64,000 bases of DNA from Alphaproteobacteria bacterium (GTDB taxonomy: Bacteria; Pseudomonadota; Alphaproteobacteria; UBA828), in NCBI GenBank assembly GCA_963667785.2, contig CAXXMU010000006.1:384001-448000 (forward strand), read 5' to 3'. The notes beneath the pieces are model-generated. The model was not told the DNA's origin, did no database searches, and was given only the letters and a program-made list of their open reading frames with translations. A program made the position numbers and the translations under genes. This document shows positions 22,543 to 32,488 of this stretch, one piece after another (positions within the stretch are counted from its first letter, which is position 1; each line of letters opens with the position of its first letter).

Positions 22543-23537
22543 GCGACGAGTCTTTCCTGCCACGGCGGTGCCGCGGTGCGCTCGGCCGCGCGCAGACGCG
22601 CCGAGCGCGCCCGGGGGTTGGCGGAGACCTCCACGGCGTCAGGCCTGCGCGCCCGCCGGGTCAGCAGCCTGAAGGTAGGATCGGGCGATTTCGTGGCGCT
22701 GCCCGGCTCGTGCCTGTTCGGCCGCCCGTGACCGTGGCCGCTGCGCTCGCGGAAGAAGCGCTTCACCGGCCGGTCCTCGAGGGAATGGAAGGACACCACC
22801 AGCACGCGCCCGCCGGGGCGGAGCAGCCGCTCGACCTGGCCGAGGCCCCGCTCGATCTCGCCGATCTCGTTGTTGACCCGGATGCGGAGCGCCTGGAAGG
22901 TGCGGGTCGCAGGGTCGATGCCGCGACGGGAACGCCCGGCCGCCGCGCGGCGCACGATGGCGGCGAGCTGGCCGGTTCGGGTGATGGGGGCGTCCGCGCG
23001 GGCGGCGACGATGGCCCGCGCGATGGCCCGCGCCCGGCGCTCCTCGCCGAAGTCCGCGATGAGAGCGGCGAGCGCATCCTCGGTCTCGCCGTTGACCAGG
23101 TCGGCCGCTGTCGGCCCGTGATCGTCCCGGTCCATGCGCATGTCCAGCGGCCCGTCGAGACGGAACGAGAAGCCCCGCGCGCCGTCGTCGAGCTGGACCG
23201 AGGAGAGCCCGAGGTCGAGGGCGATACCGTCGACCGCGTTCACGCGATGGGGCGCGAGCAGGGTCGCCATCTCGGCGAAGCGACCGTGCAGTAGCACCAG
23301 CCGGCCCTCGAAGCGGGCCGCGAGCGCGCCGCCGGCGCGTAGCGCCGCGGCGTCGCGGTCGATGCCGTAGACGACGCAGGACGCCGCCTCGAGCAGGGCC
23401 TCGCTCCAGCCGCCGCCGCCGAAGGTGCCGTCAACGTAGATGCCGCCGTCCTTCGGCGCGAGGAGGGAGAGCATCGCGTCCCTCATGACGGGGACGTGGT
23501 CCGGTGGCACCGCCCCGCGCTGCGCCTCGGCGCTCAC
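22539..23537 (-). CDS. rsmH: 16S rRNA m4C1402 methyltransferase
   Basis: HVPVM, DGTFGGGG, DLGLSSVQLD, FHSLEDR, NPRARSARLR. Confidence 0.97.
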   Translation of the reverse strand: MSAEAQRGAVPPDHVPVMRDAMLSLLAPKDGGIYVDGTFGGGGWSEALLEAASCVVYGIDRDAAALRAGGALAARFEGRLVLLHGRFAEMATLLAPHRVNAVDGIALDLGLSSVQLDDGARGFSFRLDGPLDMRMDRDDHGPTAADLVNGETEDALAALIADFGEERRARAIARAIVAARADAPITRTGQLAAIVRRAAAGRSRRGIDPATRTFQALRIRVNNEIGEIERGLGQVERLLRPGGRVLVVSFHSLEDRPVKRFFRERSGHGHGRPNRHEPGSATKSPDPTFRLLTRRARRPDAVEVSANPRARSARLRAAERTAAPPWQERLVA

Positions 23538-24022
23538 CGCTCGCCTCCCGGCGCCGACGGCACCGTCAGCTTGGCTCGCTCCGCGGGCGGCATCTCGCGC
23601 ACGGCGCGCAGCACGGCGGCGGCGGCGTCCGGCTCCCAGATCTGGAAGATGTTGCCCATGCCGACGAAGGTGGCGAGCGTCGTGATCCCCGCATGGGCAC
23701 GCAGCTCTTCCGGCAGCAGCACCCGCCCTTCGCCGTCGAAGGGCAGAGGCTCGACGCTGGCGAAGAGCGCCATGCGGGAGTCGCTCAACAGGGGGGCAAA
23801 GGGATCGGCGTTGCTGAAGCGGGCGCTGTAGTCCTCGACGACGTTCATGCCGGAGGCGGTGAGAGACGTGCTGCCGTCGACGGAAGGGAAGACCGCGATG
23901 CCGTGGAAGGTCTGGCCGGCCAGCCGGTTGCGGAAGCGGGCCGGGACGGAGACCCGCCCCTTGCGATCCACTTTGCTCTCGAACCGCCCGGTAAAGATGA
24001 CAACCGGGTTAGTCTGAGCCAC
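23534..24022 (-). CDS. mraZ: Transcriptional regulator MraZ
   Basis: Two DxxxR repeats (VDRKGRVSVP, FDGEGRVLLP); first gene of dcw. Confidence 0.93.
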   Translation of the reverse strand: MAQTNPVVIFTGRFESKVDRKGRVSVPARFRNRLAGQTFHGIAVFPSVDGSTSLTASGMNVVEDYSARFSNADPFAPLLSDSRMALFASVEPLPFDGEGRVLLPEELRAHAGITTLATFVGMGNIFQIWEPDAAAAVLRAVREMPPAERAKLTVPSAPGGER

Positions 24023-24099
24023 CGCCTTGCTCCTTGGACTTGAGGCCCGTTCGCCGTGCTGCCGCTCGCAACCGTGCTATCGCATCACCATCCGCAAAT

Positions 24100-24138
24100 T
24101 GGGATTAGATGGTACAACATGGGATTTTATGGGTGCAA
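24100..24138 (-). promoter_or_regulatory. dcw promoter with MraZ-binding repeats
   Basis: Plus strand TGGGA/TGGTA/TGGGA/TGGGT at 24100, 24110, 24120, 24130; minus strand TTGCAC-N18-TACCAT overlaps them. Confidence 0.75.
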
Positions 24139-24281
24139 CAAGAAAAAACAAGTCTTCAGCGCGACGCGAATAAACTCCGGTCGGACCATTGACACAGGAG
24201 AGCGGAGGATGGACGACGAGTGCGGCAAGAGCGCCAGTCACCGTCAGCGGGTCGGAAAGTCCTAGTGGAGATCAACTATGT

Positions 24282-24296
24282 GTTCACTATATGTTC
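24282..24296. promoter_or_regulatory. Alphaproteobacterial LexA (SOS) box
   Basis: GTTC-ACTATAT-GTTC, an exact GTTC-N7-GTTC with AT-rich spacer. Confidence 0.6.
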
Positions 24297-24340
24297 TTTC
24301 GCGCCGTTATTGGCGGCGACCGCCAGGAGCTGGATCGTTA

Positions 24341-24389
24341 TCCGTATATATTGAGGTTATGGGGCTGGCGAACCCGCAATATATTGATA
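24341..24389. promoter_or_regulatory. Tandem NrdR-like boxes
   Basis: GTATATATTG (24344) and palindromic CAATATATTG (24377), compared with NrdR core CWATATATWG. Confidence 0.35.
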
Positions 24390-24420
24390 AGGGCTTCAAA
24401 CGACCCTTGCAGGAGAGGAT

Positions 24421-24823
<403 letters not shown>

Positions 24824-24854
24824 CCCGCCTGACTACGCCGCCGGGCCCGGCCGG

Positions 24855-25697
24855 TCAAGCCGGGCCGCGGCCCGCCGGCCCGGCGACGAGGCTGCACATC
24901 CGCTCCAGCACGTGAGCCGTGCCGGTGTCGATTGCGCCGTCGACCCGTGCCTGGCGGAAATGCCGCTGGAAGGCGCGCACGACGGCCGCCGTGGCCGGGC
25001 CGAACACGCCGTCGGCAGCGACGCCGTAGCCGACGGCCCGGAGACGCTCCTGCTGCCGCGTGACGGCGTCGCCCCGCTCGCCCTCGCGTAGCGTGCGGCC
25101 TGCGCGGGCCGGCGGCCCCCCATCGTCCGGCCAAAGGCCGATGCCCGCACGCGCGAGCCGGGCCCAGTCGAAGAGCTCGCCCGGATCCTGCCGCCGCAGA
25201 GGCGCGATGTCGGCATGCGCCACCACGTTGCGGGCCTCGATCGGGTGGCGCGCGCGTATCGCGCCGGCAAGGTCGATCAGCGCCTCCATCTGGGCGGAGG
25301 GGAACGGGCGGTAGCCCAGCTCGTGGCCGGGATTGACCAGCTCGATCCCGATCGAGAAGTCGTTCACCGCGTGCCGCCCGCGCCAGGCGCTCTGCCCGGC
25401 GTGCCAGGCGCGCTGGCGCTCAGGCACCAGCCGCCAGAGGGTGCCGTCCTCGCCGATGCACCAGTGCGCGCTGACCTTGGCCGCAGGATCGGTCAGCCGT
25501 GCCAGCGCCGCCTCGGCCGAGACCATGCCGGTATAGTGCAGGACCAGCGTGTCGACCGGCCCCCGGCCGGCTGGCCGCTCGTCCCGATTGGGCGAGGGCC
25601 TCTCGATCACCGCCCGCCCGCCTGCGTCCGCGCTCGTCACCGTCCGCTCCGCCGTCACATGCCCCCCCTGCCCCGACGCCACCCGCGAGCGCGGCAT
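24855..25697 (-). CDS. N-acetylmuramoyl-L-alanine amidase (AmpD/AmiD-like) with PG-binding domain
   Basis: LVLHYTGM, VSAHW, RAWHAG, SIGIEL, HADIAPLRRQDPGELF, FQRHFR; start uncertain. Confidence 0.92.
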   Translation of the reverse strand: MPRSRVASGQGGHVTAERTVTSADAGGRAVIERPSPNRDERPAGRGPVDTLVLHYTGMVSAEAALARLTDPAAKVSAHWCIGEDGTLWRLVPERQRAWHAGQSAWRGRHAVNDFSIGIELVNPGHELGYRPFPSAQMEALIDLAGAIRARHPIEARNVVAHADIAPLRRQDPGELFDWARLARAGIGLWPDDGGPPARAGRTLREGERGDAVTRQQERLRAVGYGVAADGVFGPATAAVVRAFQRHFRQARVDGAIDTGTAHVLERMCSLVAGPAGRGPA

Positions 25698-26569
25698 CAG
25701 CGGGGCGCCGCCACCTGCGTCCTCTGGCGCCGGAGCACGATCAGCGCCACGCCGGAGACGATGATCAGGCCACCCACCACGGTCTGCCAGGTGAGCGGCT
25801 CGCCCAGCATGAGGACGCCGAAGACGACGCCCACGAAGGGCACCAGCAGCATGAAGCCGGCCACCGTCGCCACCCTGTTGTGCGCCAGCAGATAGTACCA
25901 GGCCCAGTAGGCCAGCAGCGTGGATCCGAACACCTGATAGAGGAGCGAGCCGTGCAGGCGCCAGTCGGGCTGCAGCAGGCTCGCGATCTGCCCCTCCTCC
26001 AGGACGAAGGAGAGCGGGAACAGAAACAGGGCCGAGACCACCGACATCCAGGCGTTGAGTGCGAGCGGCGAGATGTCGGTAAGCCGCTTGGCCTGCACGT
26101 TGGCGACGGCCCAGGCGATGCTCGAGCCGAGCATGAGCCCGATGCCGAGCGCGTTGCCCGTATGGCGGGGCTCGCCGACCAGCACCACCACGCCGCCGAA
26201 GGCGATGGCGATGCCGACGAACGCCGCCCAGCCGGGGCGCTCGCGCAGGACGAGGCCCGCCAGCAGCGCGCTGAGCGGCACCTGCGTGATCCAGATGATT
26301 GCCGCGGTCGAGGCCTCCACACCGATATTGAGGGCGATATAGAAGAGGCCGAAATGGCCGGCGCCCATGGTCAGGGCGAACAGGCTCACCGCAAGCCAGC
26401 GGCCGCTCGGCGGGCGCACGAACCAGACGAGCATCAGCGCCATCAGGGCGAAGCGCAGCGCCAGGAAGAAGAGCGGCGGCATGTGGTCGGCGCCGTACTT
26501 GCTGGTGACGAAGCCGAAGCCCCAGAGCAGCGCCGTACCGAGCGCGATCGGAATGTGACTCGGCTGCAT
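25697..26569 (-). CDS. EamA/DMT family transporter
   Basis: About 10 hydrophobic segments, LWGFGF, PPLFFLALRF, LGEPLT. Confidence 0.88.
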   Translation of the reverse strand: MQPSHIPIALGTALLWGFGFVTSKYGADHMPPLFFLALRFALMALMLVWFVRPPSGRWLAVSLFALTMGAGHFGLFYIALNIGVEASTAAIIWITQVPLSALLAGLVLRERPGWAAFVGIAIAFGGVVVLVGEPRHTGNALGIGLMLGSSIAWAVANVQAKRLTDISPLALNAWMSVVSALFLFPLSFVLEEGQIASLLQPDWRLHGSLLYQVFGSTLLAYWAWYYLLAHNRVATVAGFMLLVPFVGVVFGVLMLGEPLTWQTVVGGLIIVSGVALIVLRRQRTQVAAPR

Positions 26570-26650
26570 GGAGCGATCGAAGCGGCGGCAATGGCGACGT
26601 GGGGGACGAAGCGAGGGGCGTAACGGGCGGGCGCGGGACGGCGAGTGCGC

Positions 26651-27394
26651 TCAGCGCATGCCGCGAAGCTTGGCGATCCTGTCGTAGGCGGCGTTGATCG
26701 CGGCCATCTGCTCGTTCGCGACCTGGATCATCTCCTCCGGCATGCCTTCGGCGATGAGCTTGTCCGGGTGATGCTCCCGGATCAACCGGCGGTAGGTCTG
26801 CTTGATCTCCTCGTCCGATGCCTTGGGCTCGACACCGAGCACCTGGTAGGGGTCGCTCTCCCCACCGCCCATGTGGCGCGCCATGATCTGGGCGAAACCG
26901 CGCTCGTCGAAGCCGAAGATCTGGGCCACGCGGGTCAGGTAGTCGCGCTCGCGCTCGTGCAGCTCGCCGTCGGCCATGGCGATCTGGAAGAGCGCGCCGA
27001 GCAGCTCTTCGCGCATGGTGGTGTCGTGGGGGAAGATCTGCACGATCTGCTCGGCATAGGGCTCGAAGCCGGTGGCCTCGCGCCGCGCCTCGTCCCAGAT
27101 CCGCCCGATCGCGGCGGCATGCGCTTCGGGCACCGCAAAGACCCGCTTGAAGGCGTCGATCTCCTCGCGGGTGACGCGTCCGTCGGCCTTCGCCATCTTG
27201 GCCGCGAGCACGACCAGCGCGATCGAGACCGCAGCCTGCTTGGTCTCCTGATCGCCTGCGCCGAGGCGGCGGACGCGCCGGCCGATCGCCATGCGGTCCA
27301 CGAAATGACCGGCGGCCACGCCCAGGATGGCGCCGATGGGGCCGCCCAGCGCGAAGCCAGCGGCACCCCCGATCACCTTGCCCCAGATGCTCAA
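26651..27394 (-). CDS. djlA: DjlA-type co-chaperone (TerB-like plus C-terminal J domain)
   Basis: SIWGKVIGG, AKMAKADG, DPYQVLG, HHPDKL; TTG start inferred. Confidence 0.88.
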   Translation of the reverse strand: MSIWGKVIGGAAGFALGGPIGAILGVAAGHFVDRMAIGRRVRRLGAGDQETKQAAVSIALVVLAAKMAKADGRVTREEIDAFKRVFAVPEAHAAAIGRIWDEARREATGFEPYAEQIVQIFPHDTTMREELLGALFQIAMADGELHERERDYLTRVAQIFGFDERGFAQIMARHMGGGESDPYQVLGVEPKASDEEIKQTYRRLIREHHPDKLIAEGMPEEMIQVANEQMAAINAAYDRIAKLRGMR

Positions 27395-27582
27395 CCGACG
27401 CCCATCCCCGCAGCCTGCAGGCGGCCACCATAGCGAGCCCGCCGCAGCCGCGCCAGACCGGGCGGGGCGGCGACGATGCGTCCGTAATCCCTGTTGCAAT
27501 CCGGCCGGGGCGCTGAAAACATGCCGCCGCCGCGACCGCGGCACGAAGTCCGCCGGCACGGCTCAGGGTAAAGGGAGATGGC

Positions 27583-29604
27583 ATGAGCAATTCGACCGAA
27601 GCGCTCAATATCGCGCTTGTCGGCCCTTATACGAGCGGAAAGACCACGCTTCTCGAGAGCATGTTGTTCGTCTCGGGCACGATCGGCCGCAAGGGCAAGG
27701 TCACGGACGGCAACACGGTGGGAGACTGGTCCGACGAGGCGCGGGCGCGTCAGTCGAGCGTCGAGGTCAACACCGCCTCGTTCTCGTATCGCGATCGCCG
27801 GTTCACCGTCCTCGATTGCCCGGGATCGATCGAATTCTTCGGCGAGACCGCCAATGCGCTCATGGGCGTCGATCTCGCCATCATCGTCTGCACCCCCGAT
27901 CTGGCGCGGGTCTGGACCATGGGGCGGCTCTTCAAGTACCTGGCACAGCACGAGATCCCCCACATCCTGTTTGCCAACAGGATGGACGAGACGGCGGTAC
28001 GGGTCGCCGAGTTGATCGAGGCGGTGACGCCCGTCAGCGACCGGCCGCTGGTGCCCTGCCAGGTGGCGATCCGCGACGGCGACCAGGTCACGGGCTATGT
28101 CGATCTCGTCACCGGCCAGGCCTACGAATATCGCGACCAGGAGGGCGCGGTCGGCGTCGACGCGCCGGAGACGGTGCTGGAACGGCAGGAGGACGCGCGC
28201 ACGCAGCTGCTCGAGAGCCTGGCGGACTTCGACGACGCGCTCCTCGAGAGCCTGCTTGAGGACGAGATTCCCGGAACGGACGAGATTCGGGCCTATGTGC
28301 GGAACACGCTTGCGGACGCGCAGGTGGTTCCGGTGATGATGGGCTCGGCCGAGCGGGACTGGGGCGTGCGCCGCCTGCTGGAATCGCTGGTCGACTTCGC
28401 GCCGGGCGGCGCGGTGGCTGCGCGCAGGCTGCCGGCCGACGCCGGCATTGTCGGGCAGGTCGTCAAGACCTACATCACCCAGCACGGCGGCAAGGTCTCC
28501 CTCGCGCGGGTGTGGGCCGGGACCATCGAGGACGGCACGGTGCTGAACGACGGCCAGCGCATCGGCGGGATGTACCGCATGCAGGGCCAGCAGCAGACCA
28601 AGATCGACAGGGCCGAGGCCGGCGAGATCGTGGGCCTGGGGCGGCTCGAGACGATCGCCACCGGCGATACCGTCGCACCGACGGACGGACCCGCGGCGGA
28701 GCCCATGCCGCGTGCCGCGCCGCCGCCCTCGGTCTATGCCTACTCGGTGCGTGCGAGCCGGCGCGAGGACGAGGTCAAGGTCTCGGGCGCCATGAGCCGG
28801 ATCGCCCAGGAAGACCCCTCGCTGCGCTTCGAGCAGAACCCCGACACCCAGGAGTCCGTGCTCTGGGGCCAGGGCGAGATGCATCTCAAGGTCGCGCTCG
28901 ACCGCCTCTCCAGCAAGTACGGGCTCGCCCTGCAAACCGAGCGGCCCAAGGTCGCCTACAAGGAAGCGATCCGAAAGCCGGTCGCCCAGCATGCCCGCTT
29001 CAAGAAGCAGACCGGCGGCCACGGCCAGTTCGGCGACGTGCACATCGAGGTGAAGCCGCTGCCGCGGGGCACCGGCTTCGAGTTTCAGCAGAAGGTCGTC
29101 GGCGGCGCCGTGCCGCGCCAGTACATCCCCGCCGTCGAGGCCGGCGTACGCGACTATCTGTCCAGCGGGCCGCTCGGCTTCCCGGTCGTCGATGTCTCGG
29201 TGACGCTGACCGACGGCAAGCATCACGCCGTGGACAGTTCCGAGCAGGCCTTCAAGACCGCAGGCCGCATGGCGATGGCCGAGGCGCTGCCGAAGTGCAA
29301 CCCGGTGCTGCTCGAGCCCATCTGCGAGGTCCGGATATCGATACCGAGCGAGTTCACGCCGAACGTCCAGCGCCTCGTGACCGGGCGCCGCGGCCAGGTG
29401 CTGGGCTTCCGGGCCCGGGAGGACTGGTCCGGCTGGGACGAGGTCACCAGCCAGATGCCCCAGGCGGAGATGCACGACCTGATCATCGAGCTTCGTTCGC
29501 TCACGCTCGGCGTCGGCACGTTCGAATCGCACTTCGACCGCTTGCAGGAGCTCACCGGGCGGCTCGCCGACGACGTTCTCGCCGCGGCCAAGGAGGAGAA
29601 CTGA
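27583..29604 (+). CDS. Elongation factor G paralogue (EF-G II type)
   Basis: GPYTSGKT, DCPG, GQGEMHL, KKQTGGHGQF, GPLGFPV, VLLEP; not in the str operon. Confidence 0.92.
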   Translation: MSNSTEALNIALVGPYTSGKTTLLESMLFVSGTIGRKGKVTDGNTVGDWSDEARARQSSVEVNTASFSYRDRRFTVLDCPGSIEFFGETANALMGVDLAIIVCTPDLARVWTMGRLFKYLAQHEIPHILFANRMDETAVRVAELIEAVTPVSDRPLVPCQVAIRDGDQVTGYVDLVTGQAYEYRDQEGAVGVDAPETVLERQEDARTQLLESLADFDDALLESLLEDEIPGTDEIRAYVRNTLADAQVVPVMMGSAERDWGVRRLLESLVDFAPGGAVAARRLPADAGIVGQVVKTYITQHGGKVSLARVWAGTIEDGTVLNDGQRIGGMYRMQGQQQTKIDRAEAGEIVGLGRLETIATGDTVAPTDGPAAEPMPRAAPPPSVYAYSVRASRREDEVKVSGAMSRIAQEDPSLRFEQNPDTQESVLWGQGEMHLKVALDRLSSKYGLALQTERPKVAYKEAIRKPVAQHARFKKQTGGHGQFGDVHIEVKPLPRGTGFEFQQKVVGGAVPRQYIPAVEAGVRDYLSSGPLGFPVVDVSVTLTDGKHHAVDSSEQAFKTAGRMAMAEALPKCNPVLLEPICEVRISIPSEFTPNVQRLVTGRRGQVLGFRAREDWSGWDEVTSQMPQAEMHDLIIELRSLTLGVGTFESHFDRLQELTGRLADDVLAAAKEEN

Positions 29605-29612
29605 CGCACCGC

Positions 29613-30416
29613 ATGCCTGATCGCCCTCCGCACCCGCTGGTCGCGCCCGCGCCGCGTGGAGCCATGGCGACACTGCGGCGCTGGCTGGCGTGCGCGCTGC
29701 TGGCCTGTGTGCTGCTCGGCAGTGCTGCCGACCTCCGGGCGAACGACGCCTACGACGACGATCCCCTTGAGGGTCTCAACCGGGTGGTGTTCGAGTTCAA
29801 CCAGGCCATAGACGCGCTGGTGCTGAAGCCGGCGGCGGAGCTCTACGTCGCCTTCCTGCCGGAAGAGGTGCGATACCGGGTCTCCAACGTCCTCCGGAAC
29901 CTCGGCGAGCCGATCAACCTCCTCAACAACCTGGCCCAGGGCAAGTTCGAGCGGGCGGGCGCGACGCTCATGCGCTTCTCGATCAACTCGACCTTCGGCG
30001 TGGCGGGCATCTTCGACGTGGCCACGGACTGGGGATACGAGCACACGCCCGAGGATTTCGGCCAGACGCTTGCGACCTGGGGCGTGGGCGACAAGCCGTT
30101 CCTCATGCTGCCGCTGCTGGGGCCTTCCAATCCCCGCGACGCGCTCGGCTTCGCGGTCGACTGGGTGGCGGATCCCCTGGCCCACATCACACCGGCCGAC
30201 GCCGGCGTGGCTCGCGCCGCCACGAGCGGCGTCTCGCAGCGCGCCGAGTATCTCGACGAATTGGAGACCGTGGAACGGACCTCGGTCGATTTTTATGCTG
30301 CATTGCGCGAGCTATACCGGCAGTATCGCGCCGACGACGTACGCGACGGCGCGCCGCCGCCCATCATGGACGTGCCGGACTTCGATTTCGATGACGAGGA
30401 GTGGCTCGAGGAATAG
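29613..30416 (+). CDS. mlaA: MlaA/VacJ family lipoprotein
   Basis: DPLEGLNR, RFSINSTFG, EDFGQTL, LPLLGPS; alternative start at 29664. Confidence 0.92.
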   Translation: MPDRPPHPLVAPAPRGAMATLRRWLACALLACVLLGSAADLRANDAYDDDPLEGLNRVVFEFNQAIDALVLKPAAELYVAFLPEEVRYRVSNVLRNLGEPINLLNNLAQGKFERAGATLMRFSINSTFGVAGIFDVATDWGYEHTPEDFGQTLATWGVGDKPFLMLPLLGPSNPRDALGFAVDWVADPLAHITPADAGVARAATSGVSQRAEYLDELETVERTSVDFYAALRELYRQYRADDVRDGAPPPIMDVPDFDFDDEEWLEE

Positions 30417-30458
30417 CCCGCCGCGCGGCATCCCGGGCCCAGGCAAAGCCGACTTCGC

Positions 30459-31115
30459 ATGAGCATTCCCTTTTCCAGCGTTCTCCTTTCCCGGCGCGCC
30501 CTCGTGGTTGCCGCCTTCCTAGCCGCCGCCCTCGCGGTCGCGGGCACGGGCCAGCGGGCGGCCGCGTCCGATGACGTCGCGCTGAACTTCGTCCAGGAAC
30601 TCGGAGGGCAAGCCGTCGCCGTCCTCCGCGACCATGAGAGCAGCACGTTCGAGGAGCGGGAGGCCGCGTTCCGCGCCATCCTGGTGAAAGCCTTCGACGT
30701 GCCCACCGTCAGCCGCTTCGTCCTCGGCCGGCACTGGCGGACCGCGAGCGAGCAGCAGCGCGCGGACTACTTGGACATCTTCATCGACTTCATCGCGCGC
30801 GTGTACGCCGCCCGTTTCGATTCGTACGGCGGCGAGACCCTCAACGCATACCAGTCGATCGACGACGAGAGCGGCGACACGATCGTGCGGACGCGCATCG
30901 AGCGGCCGGGCGGCGACAAGCCGGTCCACGTCGACTTCCGGGTCCGCGAGAAGGACGGCGATCCCAGGGTCATCGACGTGGTGGTCGAAGGCATCAGCAT
31001 GCTGCACACCCACCGGGTCGAATTCAGCTCGGTCATCAACCGCAAGGGTATCGACGGACTGCTGAACGACCTGCGCGCGCGGGTCGAGGCGCCGCTCGAG
31101 GAAACGGCGAATTAG
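30459..31115 (+). CDS. mlaC: MlaC/Ttg2D phospholipid-binding protein
   Basis: Signal peptide, SRFVLGRHWR, VIDVVVEGISM. Confidence 0.9.
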   Translation: MSIPFSSVLLSRRALVVAAFLAAALAVAGTGQRAAASDDVALNFVQELGGQAVAVLRDHESSTFEEREAAFRAILVKAFDVPTVSRFVLGRHWRTASEQQRADYLDIFIDFIARVYAARFDSYGGETLNAYQSIDDESGDTIVRTRIERPGGDKPVHVDFRVREKDGDPRVIDVVVEGISMLHTHRVEFSSVINRKGIDGLLNDLRARVEAPLEETAN

Positions 31116-31272
31116 TGAGGCGCGGCGGCGAGCGCGGCCTTCGCCGGACGAGATCCCCGAGGGCGAAGGCCCGCTGACCGGAAGCGACGGCGAGTGGATC
31201 ATCTATGAATCCGAGTAGCCCCCGGCCCCGGACGGGCGGGCGGGCGCGTTTAGCAAGCGACAGGCGGAGTGG

Positions 31273-32355
31273 ATGATGCAGTTCGGCGTTCTCGTGACCT
31301 CGCAGCCCAATCTCGATACGGAGCCCTACCCGCACCGCGCCGTGCACGCGCGGGTCACGCGCGAGATCGTGGAGGCGGACCGCCTCGGCTACGACACCGC
31401 CTGGATCGCGGAGCACCACTTCTCCAACCAGTACGGCGTGCTGCCGGACCCGTTCGTCTATCTGGCATACCTGGTGCCCAAGACCTCCCGCATCGGCCTC
31501 GGCACGGCGGTGATGACGCTGCCGCTGCACAATCCGGTGCGGATCGTCGAGAACGCGGCCTTCGTGGACGTCCTCAGCGAAGGCCGGCTCAGCCTCGGCG
31601 TGGGCTCCGGCTACCGGCCCTACGAGTACGAGGGCTTCGGGATCCCGTTCGACGCCCGCCACGACATCCAGGAGGAGGCCATTCCGCTGATCCTCGATGC
31701 CTTCCACCAGCGGAGGGTGAGCCACGAGGGGAGCCACTTCCGCCACAGCATCGAGGGCGACTACGAGATCTTCCCGGTAAGCCTGCAGCAGCCGCACCCC
31801 CCCTTCTACATGGCGGCGGGGACCGACCGCTCGATCGGTATCGCGGCCCGCCACGGCTTCGGCCTGATGCTGTCCACCCTGCCGTCCTTCGACACCCTCG
31901 CAGGCCAGATCGCGCTCTACCGCGAGGCCATGGCCGAGGCCCCCTCGCCGTGGAACGCCAACCCGGCCTTCGGCTCCATCAACATCGCCCGCTGGGTCTA
32001 CGTGGCCGAGAGCGACGCGGCGGCGCGCGAGGAGAGCGCGGTCGGCATCGTCCGCCACCTCGAAGCCTTCCTCGGCAAGAAGACCGCGGGCTATCTCGGG
32101 CACGTCTCGGAGAAGGAGGGAGCGGCAGCGTTCGACTATGACTCGCTGCTGGAGACCACCCTCATCCACGGCTCGCCCGAGACCGTGATCGCCCGCATCC
32201 GCGCGCTCCGTGCCGCGACCGGCCTCGATTCCCTGCTGCTCCACTACCCGCCCTATTACGGCGTGGATAACCTGTTGAAGAGCCTGCGTTTGTTTGCCGA
32301 GGAGGTCATCCCGGCCTTCCGCACGCCCGCCGGCAGCACCGAGGCGGCCGAGTAG
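31273..32355 (+). CDS. LLM-class flavin-dependent oxidoreductase
   Basis: AWIAEHHF, LPLHNPVRIVE, GRLSLGVGSG, LFAEEVIP. Confidence 0.9.
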   Translation: MMQFGVLVTSQPNLDTEPYPHRAVHARVTREIVEADRLGYDTAWIAEHHFSNQYGVLPDPFVYLAYLVPKTSRIGLGTAVMTLPLHNPVRIVENAAFVDVLSEGRLSLGVGSGYRPYEYEGFGIPFDARHDIQEEAIPLILDAFHQRRVSHEGSHFRHSIEGDYEIFPVSLQQPHPPFYMAAGTDRSIGIAARHGFGLMLSTLPSFDTLAGQIALYREAMAEAPSPWNANPAFGSINIARWVYVAESDAAAREESAVGIVRHLEAFLGKKTAGYLGHVSEKEGAAAFDYDSLLETTLIHGSPETVIARIRALRAATGLDSLLLHYPPYYGVDNLLKSLRLFAEEVIPAFRTPAGSTEAAE

Positions 32356-32488
32356 CGCATTTTGGGCGGATGCGGGCGCGATTCCGGCCCTCAGCATGCA
32401 GATTCGGCTTAGATCAGACGCCGTGATTCGATACAATGGCGCTGACGAACCCTCTCCGACAACCTCGCCAGGGAACTTACGCTAAACG

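Noticed and set aside
24209-24265. 18-codon ORF MDDECGKSASHRQRVGKS behind AGGAG and TTGACA
   Set aside because: No matching -10 element, no recognisable features, and too short to support without conservation data.
24855-27608. 917-aa ORF spanning djlA, EamA and the amidase
   Set aside because: Only the last 280 aa or so are amidase; the rest is an alternative frame of real genes in high-GC DNA.
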